This document shows, piece by piece, positions 57,534-64,000 of a stretch of DNA of 64,000 nucleotides. The translations under genes were made by a program, and so were the position numbers. Below the pieces are notes generated by a model. It saw only the letters and a list, made by a program, of their open reading frames with translations. It searched no databases and was not told where the DNA came from. Within the stretch, counting starts at the first letter, position 1. Every line of letters starts with the position of its first letter. Origin of the DNA: an uncultured Candidatus Saccharibacteria bacterium (lineage in GTDB: Bacteria; Patescibacteriota; Minisyncoccia; Phycocordibacterales; UBA12445); assembly GCA_964649715.1 (NCBI GenBank), contig CAZYTH010000002.1, positions 2,248-66,247 on the forward strand, given 5' to 3'.

Positions 57534-58769
57534 TCATGAATCGGTTTGTGGAAGAATTATTTTTTCAATAATTATTTCCTCGTCTCCTTGAGACTGATTG
57601 ATGTCTACTATCAGGTGGTCTCCGCTAACAATACCGCCAATCTTTCCTTTTCGGATCAGTGTTACGATTGGTCTCACGATCCTTTTCTCTATGATCCTTT
57701 CAATGGAAGATGCTCCCAGTTTTTTATTGAAGTCATCTTGGGCGTGTTTTACTAAAAAACCAAGAACACTTTCTGAAAATTCAACATGAACATCAGCCGA
57801 AGTGAGGTTAAGGGAAATATCTCTTAACTGTCTTTTTGTTATCTCCCTTAGCTCTTGATTTAAAAGGGATTTGTATATCAGTATATTTTCTTTGCCGATG
57901 ACTTTTATTAATTCAGGGATTAAGGTTGTCTTTGGAAGCACTGAACCGACAAGGGTTTCATAGGGGCTTTTCTTTTTATTATTATTTTCTTGCATCTTAA
58001 TGACGCCCTTGCCTGATATCTCGCAAGAAAGATCTTCCGAGAGAATATTGGTTGTCATAAAGATAAAACATCTTTTAAATGAGATGTTCTCTTGCTGTCC
58101 GAAAAGCATTCCTTGGTCGAGAATTTGTTTGAGGGTGTTTTGGAAAATACTATGCATTTCATCAACACCATCGATGAGAAGGATCGAATGATAACTACCG
58201 GGACGATATGGGTTTTTTTGAGATATCTTGTTTTTTTCTTTTTTGACAAATGCTAATTTTTTTATAATTTCAGACAATTGTTTTTCTGTTGCCGTTCTCT
58301 CTTCTCCTTGGGGGAGATCGAGCAACATACTCTTTAAGATATCTATGCTTTGTTCGGTGGTTTTTTCTTTCTCCGATATATCTTCGAGTTTGTTAATGAA
58401 TTTTTCATCCAGTTCAGCTTCGAAACCATATTTATCGATTTTGAATTGATCAAGAACGGATAGACCTCTTTCGAAGTCGGCTCCATTGATCCTAACAAAC
58501 GCGTTTGGATCACCAAAAAGCAATTCAGCGAAAGCTTTAACAGTAAGCGTTTTTCCTGTTCCAGGATCGCCAACCAAAAGGAACACTCCCAGCGGTTTAT
58601 TTGCTCTTGATAATCCGATATCGGAAGCTATTAGCCCTTCAAGTATTTTTTTCTTTGGAAAATTCTGTCCGACAATTAGTCTGTCTAAAAACTCTAGCAT
58701 TTTTAAGAAGTTTACATCTGGGGTTTTGTGGTCAAGTCTGATCTTTCCAGTCTCATCTTTTGTTTTCAC
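57534..58769 (-). CDS. Clp/Hsp100-like AAA+ ATPase (single AAA_2 module plus D2-small domain)
   Basis: VGDPGTGKT Walker A, LLIDGVDEM Walker B-like and C-terminal small-domain pattern of ClpB D2. Confidence 0.5.
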   Translation of the reverse strand: MKTKDETGKIRLDHKTPDVNFLKMLEFLDRLIVGQNFPKKKILEGLIASDIGLSRANKPLGVFLLVGDPGTGKTLTVKAFAELLFGDPNAFVRINGADFERGLSVLDQFKIDKYGFEAELDEKFINKLEDISEKEKTTEQSIDILKSMLLDLPQGEERTATEKQLSEIIKKLAFVKKEKNKISQKNPYRPGSYHSILLIDGVDEMHSIFQNTLKQILDQGMLFGQQENISFKRCFIFMTTNILSEDLSCEISGKGVIKMQENNNKKKSPYETLVGSVLPKTTLIPELIKVIGKENILIYKSLLNQELREITKRQLRDISLNLTSADVHVEFSESVLGFLVKHAQDDFNKKLGASSIERIIEKRIVRPIVTLIRKGKIGGIVSGDHLIVDINQSQGDEEIIIEKIILPQTDS

Positions 58770-58961
58770 TCAAAAACCTCCTTTTTTTAATTGGCTTTAA
58801 TTTTCAAAGAACCTTAGTTTAGCTTATTAAACACTAATACTTTTATTGAAATAAGGCAAAGTTCTTTGTTTTGAGATATAATCAACAGAGTGTTAAAATA
58901 GTTTTATTAATATTAGTATTATGGGGCGAAAATAGTTTTCTTTCGTTCTGTCTTTAAAAGA

Positions 58962-59963
58962 ATGAAGATCATATTTTTTGAAGTAAACGATGAAGAGCAG
59001 GGAATTATTTCTGACATGTTGTCAGAACTTGATAATACCGAGATTATTTTTAATAAAGGAGTGTTTGATATATCGCTTATTGATGGGGCTCAAATCGTTT
59101 CAGTATTTGTTAATTCTGAAATAAGAAAAGATTCAATTGATAAGATGCCTGGTCTGAAACTTATTACGACAAGGTCAACGGGATATGATCACATAGATCA
59201 TGAATATGCAAAAACCAAAGGCATTGGTGTTGCAACGGTTCCTTCTTATGGTGCTCATACGGTTGCTGAATTTACATTCGCCCTCATTTTGACTCTATCG
59301 AGGAAGATATACCCAGCTTATAATCAGTTGAGAGAGGGGAGTAATTTTGATATTTCTGGGCTTCGAGGTTTTGACCTTTTCGGAAAGACGCTTGGTGTGA
59401 TAGGTATGGGTAAAATAGGGAAAAATGTAATAAAGATGGCAAAGGGTTTTGGTATGAACGTATTGGCAAATGATATAAATCCTGATTTAATTTTTGCTAA
59501 AGAAACATGCACAAAGTGCGTTTCTTTAGAAGAAGTTCTTGCGGGTTCTGATATTATAACTATCCACACTTTTCTTTCCGACGCGACCCGTCATCTTATA
59601 AACAAGAACAATGTTTATAAGATTAAAAAGGGAGCTTATCTTATAAATACATCAAGGGGAGAGGTGGTTGATACAAGCGCTTTAATTTCGGCAATAACAG
59701 ATGGACATCTTGCGGGTGCTGGGTTGGACGTGCTTGAGGCGGAGAGGCAAATGAAAGAGGAGGTAGAGCTTCTTAAAGACGATAAAGAGAGAATTAGGGA
59801 TTTTAAGGTGCTTTACGAAAATCATGTCCTCATAGATCTTCCCCAGGTAATAGTTACTCCTCATATCGCTTTTTGCACCAAAGAAGCCGAAGAAGAGATA
59901 CTTAGAATCACGATTGATAGCATAATTGGTTTTGCGAAAGGAGAAGTAAGAAATATTATTTAA
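58962..59963 (+). CDS. D-isomer-specific 2-hydroxyacid dehydrogenase (NAD-binding)
   Basis: GVIGMGKIGKNV Rossmann motif, catalytic R (TSRGEVVD), E and H (VTPHIAF). Confidence 0.7.
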   Translation: MKIIFFEVNDEEQGIISDMLSELDNTEIIFNKGVFDISLIDGAQIVSVFVNSEIRKDSIDKMPGLKLITTRSTGYDHIDHEYAKTKGIGVATVPSYGAHTVAEFTFALILTLSRKIYPAYNQLREGSNFDISGLRGFDLFGKTLGVIGMGKIGKNVIKMAKGFGMNVLANDINPDLIFAKETCTKCVSLEEVLAGSDIITIHTFLSDATRHLINKNNVYKIKKGAYLINTSRGEVVDTSALISAITDGHLAGAGLDVLEAERQMKEEVELLKDDKERIRDFKVLYENHVLIDLPQVIVTPHIAFCTKEAEEEILRITIDSIIGFAKGEVRNII

Positions 59964-60130
59964 ACATTTTTTAAATAACCCCATTTCTTTTGTTCATTTA
60001 TTTGGTAAAGTGATAAAATTCTAAAATTGTCAAATTGTCAAAATCCCGATTTATCATTAAAATAGTTTTTATATTTTGTGGAGGTGTTTTCTTAAAGAAT
60101 TATTAATATTAAACATAATTTAGATAATAT

Positions 60131-62125
60131 ATGTCTATCATAACTTTATCTGTGGTTGCGTCCTGCATCTCTCTTCTGTATGGAGCCTTTCTTACCAGAT
60201 CAATCATGCAGAAGTCGGCAGGTGATGAAAAAATGGTCAAGATCCAGCAAGCCATTGAGGCTGGAGCTAGAGCTTATCTCTCAAGGCAGAATAAGACTGT
60301 TTTTTTTGTTGGCACTGTTGTCGCCATTATTTTGGCGATTTGGCTTGGTAGAATGGTTGCTTTTGGATTTGTTGTCGGTGCGTTATCTTCGATGCTAGCT
60401 GGTTTCATAGGAATGATAGTGGCTGTTAAATCAAACTCCCGCGTGGCAGAAGAGGCAAAGAAGGGTTTATCTGAAGCTTTCTCTCTCGGGTTTAAAGGAG
60501 GTGCTGTTACTGGATTCTTTGTTGTTGGACTCGCGCTTTTGTCCCTCACTATTTTTTACTCATGGACAAAGGATGTTGATGCTCTTATCGGTTTGGGTTT
60601 TGGAGCTTCTTTGATATCTGTTTTTGCCAGACTTGGAGGAGGAATATTCACGAAGGGTGCGGATGTTGGAGCTGATCTTGTCGGAAAAGTTGAGGCGGGT
60701 ATTCCCGAAGACGACCCAAGAAACCCAGCTGTTATCGCAGATAACGTTGGTGATAATGTGGGCGATGATGCTGGTATGGCAGCCGACCTTTTTGAGACAT
60801 ATGTTGTTTCGGCTCTTTCTGTGATGCTTTTGGGTGAACTTCTTTATCCTGGTAATCAGTCAATAATTGAATTTCCTCTTTTAATAGGCGCGATATCTAT
60901 AATCGCTTCAATTATAGGTTCTTTCTTTGTGAGACTCACAGGAGGGATTATGGCTGCCCTTTATAAGGGACTCGCGGTAACTATTATTCTTCAACTTATT
61001 TTCTTTTGGTTTATTTCTAAGCCGAATAGTTTTGTTGACTTTTCTTCTGCGGGTGTAAATGTTTTGTGGCCACTTGTTATCGGGGTTATCGTTACTGTTC
61101 TTATGGTCATTATTACAGAATATTATACTTCAAAAAGTTTCAGTCCTGTTCAGCGAATAGCCAAAGCTTCCACGACAGGTCACGGGACGAACATAATCAC
61201 AGGATTGGCTGTTTCTATGCAAGCGACCTCTCTTCCTATATTGGTTATTTGTTTGGCAATATATTTTGCATATTTTTTCGCAGGGCTTTATGGAATTGCT
61301 CTTGCAACTATGAGCATGCTTTCTTTGGCTGGGATAATTGTGGCAATCGATGCGTTTGGTCCAATAACGGACAATGCGGGAGGTATTGCAGAAATGGCTG
61401 GTCTTCCTGAATCAGTAAGAAACATCACAGATCCTTTAGATGCTGTTGGGAATACGACAAAAGCCGTTACAAAGGGGTACGCGATAGCATCTGCGGGACT
61501 TGCAGCATTGGTGCTTTTTGCCTCTTATACACAGGAAATTTCGGCTGTATCTGGTGGGGTTCCTATGTTGTTTGACCTTTCTGACGTAAATGTTTTAATT
61601 GGCCTTCTCTTAGGAGGAATGATGCCTTATCTTTTTGCATCAATCGCGATGGAGGCGGTGGGAAGAGCTGCTGGTTCTGTGGTTGAAGAGGTTCGAAGAC
61701 AGTTCAGGGAAATAAAAGGAATAATGGAGGGTGAAGCTTTGCCTGACTATGCGGAGTGTGTTGATATCGTTACGAAGGCTGCTCTTAAGGAGATGATCCT
61801 TCCTGCCCTTATCCCCATCGTCTTTCCAATTCTCGTTGGATTTTTGCTCGGACCACAGGCTCTTGGTGGTCTCTTGGTTGGTTTGATTGTCACTGGTATT
61901 TTCGTAGGACTCTCTATGACTTCTGGTGGTGCCGCTTGGGATAATGCCAAGAAATACATAGAAGCTGGTAATTATGGGGGAAAGAAATCTTTCGCTCACC
62001 AGTCTGCAGTTACAGGAGATACTGTTGGTGACCCTTACAAAGATACAGCTGGACCCGCGATAAACCCGATGATAAAAGTTGCGAACATCGTGGCGTTGCT
62101 TATTGCAAAATTCATAGTTAGGTAA
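60131..62125 (+). CDS. hppA: membrane-bound proton/sodium-translocating pyrophosphatase
   Basis: [19 protein letters not shown] and [25 protein letters not shown] signature blocks; about 16 TM helices. Confidence 0.85.
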   Translation: MSIITLSVVASCISLLYGAFLTRSIMQKSAGDEKMVKIQQAIEAGARAYLSRQNKTVFFVGTVVAIILAIWLGRMVAFGFVVGALSSMLAGFIGMIVAVKSNSRVAEEAKKGLSEAFSLGFKGGAVTGFFVVGLALLSLTIFYSWTKDVDALIGLGFGASLISVFARLGGGIFTKGADVGADLVGKVEAGIPEDDPRNPAVIADNVGDNVGDDAGMAADLFETYVVSALSVMLLGELLYPGNQSIIEFPLLIGAISIIASIIGSFFVRLTGGIMAALYKGLAVTIILQLIFFWFISKPNSFVDFSSAGVNVLWPLVIGVIVTVLMVIITEYYTSKSFSPVQRIAKASTTGHGTNIITGLAVSMQATSLPILVICLAIYFAYFFAGLYGIALATMSMLSLAGIIVAIDAFGPITDNAGGIAEMAGLPESVRNITDPLDAVGNTTKAVTKGYAIASAGLAALVLFASYTQEISAVSGGVPMLFDLSDVNVLIGLLLGGMMPYLFASIAMEAVGRAAGSVVEEVRRQFREIKGIMEGEALPDYAECVDIVTKAALKEMILPALIPIVFPILVGFLLGPQALGGLLVGLIVTGIFVGLSMTSGGAAWDNAKKYIEAGNYGGKKSFAHQSAVTGDTVGDPYKDTAGPAINPMIKVANIVALLIAKFIVR

Positions 62126-62201
62126 TTATAAATAGACAATAAAGCAAAATTAGAATGTAATTGAACAATAACATTCTAATTTAATTCTAACTCTCAAAAT
62201 T

Positions 62202-62438
62202 ATGTTTAAAGAATTTTTTATGAAGCAAGTAGCCAAAAAAGCACTTAAAAATGCACCAGTCTCTGACGAGCAGAAGAATATGATGATAGAGATGGTTTCC
62301 AAAAATCCTGAATTGTTTCAAAAAATAGCCCAAGAGTCTCAAGCGTTAATGACCGAAAAGGGGATGGACCAAATGACTGCTGTGATGCAAGTTGCGGGAA
62401 AATACGAAAGTGAGCTTAAGGGTTTGATGGGAAAATAA
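62202..62438 (+). CDS. hypothetical small protein
   Basis: 78-aa ORF. Confidence 0.3.
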   Translation: MFKEFFMKQVAKKALKNAPVSDEQKNMMIEMVSKNPELFQKIAQESQALMTEKGMDQMTAVMQVAGKYESELKGLMGK

Positions 62439-62509
62439 TCAAAGTATTTCTGACCGTAAATTCTAAGCCCTATAAATTAGATATTAACCGATAAGCCATA
62501 ACGGTGTGC

Positions 62510-62538
62510 TTGACATTTGTTGTATTAGATGATATACT
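62510..62538 (+). promoter_or_regulatory. consensus sigma70 promoter TTGACA-N17-TATACT
   Basis: -35 at 62510-62515, -10 at 62533-62538; about 40 nt upstream of the 62575 gene. Confidence 0.4.
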
Positions 62539-62574
62539 TAAAGAAGTTCTTTAGTATATAAAAACGACGGAGGT

Positions 62575-62901
62575 TTGGATATGAAGAAGTCTTTGTTTCT
62601 GGTGTTCTTGGTAAGTTTGTTGTTGATTCAGGGATGTCTCAGCTCTTTCAACCCAATATCCCCGTTTTCTCCTGAGACCTTGGCCAACAATGAAGTTTTG
62701 GCTACCCCCACCCCCGTTCCCGTCGTCGATGCTTCATCGGAACCAGCTACATGTACGGTTACGATGGTTATTACCGACATCGTTCCGGATGAACCCTCTT
62801 CTCCTTTAGATCCTTCAGACCTTACTCCGAAGATGGAGGAATATTACGAAAAAACTCCAAAGGTAAAGACAGTGGGATTTAGGTTAGTTTTTCCGAAGTA
62901 A
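62575..62901 (+). CDS. putative lipoprotein / secreted small protein
   Basis: Signal peptide with LIQGC lipobox-like Cys; proline/threonine-rich linker. Confidence 0.35.
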   Translation: MDMKKSLFLVFLVSLLLIQGCLSSFNPISPFSPETLANNEVLATPTPVPVVDASSEPATCTVTMVITDIVPDEPSSPLDPSDLTPKMEEYYEKTPKVKTVGFRLVFPK

Positions 62902-63031
62902 AAACAAAACAGAAAAAGCATCAAGCCACCGCAAGGTGGCTTTTATCTTTTATAAAAATTAAATTTTTAGGGCGAAATTTTTGCTTTTTTAGTGTATAAT
63001 CCATAGTTAATACAGAAGGTAAAAAATAAAT

Positions 63032-64000
63032 ATGGAAAAGAAATCTTTAAATAAAAATTTACATAAAGCAAACCAAGCAAAAAAAGATGAGTTTTATACT
63101 CAGCTTATTGATATTGAAAAGGAGTTAAAACACTATAAAGAGCAGTTTAAGGGTAAGGTTGTTTATTGTAACTGTGACGACCCTTTTGAGAGTAATTTTT
63201 TTAAGTATTTTGCTTCAAACTTCAATGCCCTTGGATTAAAAAGACTTATTGCCACCAGTTACAAGCCATCGCCAATTGCCAATACTCAACTAGGATTATT
63301 TGGTGATGATAGTACGCTAACCGTACCAAAGGGTCGCCCAAAAGCAACAGCAAATAAATTCATTATCAACGAAGTTCGCGATCTAGATGGTGATGGTGCG
63401 TTTGATTTGCGTGACATTGCGATACAACTCAAGGCCAACAAAAATAACGAATGGTCACCTCTAGAAGGCGAGGGAGATTTTAGAAGTGAAGAAAGTATAG
63501 AACTTTTAAAACAAGCAGATGTTGTAGTCACAAATCCGCCTTTTTCATTGTTTAGAGAATATGTAGATCAGCTGATAGAACACAATAAAAAATTTCTGAT
63601 TCTCGGTGATCAAAATGCTATTACTTATAAAGAAACTTTCAAATTAATAAAGGAAGATAAATTGTGGCTTGGTTATGATAATGGTGGAACAAAATGGTTT
63701 CAAGTTCCTATGGATTATGATATTCCAACAGAAACTAGAAAGAAAATTGAAAATGGGATTAAGTATTTTAGTATGGGCAGAATTATGTGGTTTACAAATA
63801 TGGATACAACAAAAAGGCACGAAGACCTTACTTTATATAGAAAATATTCTGCAAAAGACTATCTCGGTTATGATAATTATGACGCAATTGAGGTATCACG
63901 AGTTTTAGAAATTCCCATGGATTACATCGGGAAGATAGGTGTTCCAATAACTTTTCTTGATAAGTACAACCCAGCGCAGTTTGAAATTATTGGATTGTTA
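63032..64000 (+). CDS. N6-adenine-type DNA methyltransferase (NPPF motif), 3' end outside window
   Basis: ATG at 63032 with open frame to window end. DEFYTQ near N-terminus, then ADVVVTNPPFSLF catalytic motif IV. Confidence 0.5.
   Translation, partial: MEKKSLNKNLHKANQAKKDEFYTQLIDIEKELKHYKEQFKGKVVYCNCDDPFESNFFKYFASNFNALGLKRLIATSYKPSPIANTQLGLFGDDSTLTVPKGRPKATANKFIINEVRDLDGDGAFDLRDIAIQLKANKNNEWSPLEGEGDFRSEESIELLKQADVVVTNPPFSLFREYVDQLIEHNKKFLILGDQNAITYKETFKLIKEDKLWLGYDNGGTKWFQVPMDYDIPTETRKKIENGIKYFSMGRIMWFTNMDTTKRHEDLTLYRKYSAKDYLGYDNYDAIEVSRVLEIPMDYIGKIGVPITFLDKYNPAQFEIIGLL

Noticed and set aside
1-64000. rRNA genes, group I/II introns, tmRNA and RNase P RNA.
   Set aside because: No characteristic conserved motifs were seen anywhere in the window (GGAAAGTCCGG for RNase P, the domain V consensus, or a tmRNA tag plus a tRNA-like 3' end).

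Overview
This is an AT-rich bacterial window, roughly 33-36% GC by eye, with the gene content and style of a small-genome Patescibacteria/CPR-like organism. Reading left to right, the housekeeping part carries a ZIP transporter fragment, murC, rsmI and a DUF4015 hydrolase-like gene. A long co-directional cell-envelope glycopolymer cluster follows at 5.9-17.5 kb: GT2, GT4 and GT2 glycosyltransferases, gpsA, tagD, a SAM methyltransferase, a CDP-alcohol phosphatidyltransferase and two large GT-C-like membrane proteins, one with tandem CBM-like domains. An accessory stretch at 17.6-30 kb holds secreted or membrane proteins, an NYN nuclease, a C39-like peptidase, a DUF333 protein, an anthrax-lethal-factor-like zinc peptidase and a frameshifted rsgA. 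An integrative element of about 8 kb at 30.2-38.25 kb is inserted at tRNA-Asn(GUU). It carries a large serine recombinase, an excisionase-like HTH, an HNH restriction enzyme with two methyltransferases (DPPY and SPPY), a winged-HTH protein, an RHH protein and iteron-like direct repeats. Further right come a PP2C-like protein, thpR, hpf, a P1B-like ATPase in which ADD replaces the CPC motif, a heptad tandem-repeat protein and a MacAB-like adaptor plus ABC transporter. The window ends with ddl, tRNA-Ala(UGC), an IS1595-type zinc-ribbon remnant, a minimal pyruvate kinase, a Clp-like AAA+ ATPase, a 2-hydroxyacid dehydrogenase, the H+-pyrophosphatase hppA and a partial N6-adenine DNA methyltransferase at the right edge. 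Two non-coding families stand out. One is a sRNA-like paralog pair at 21.0 and 53.2 kb, each with its own promoter and terminator. The other is a dispersed structured repeat of about 110 nt at 18.7, 27.5 and 30.2 kb that carries a segment resembling the tRNA-Asn 3' end. All domain calls rest on motif recognition from the translated ORFs; no database search was possible.
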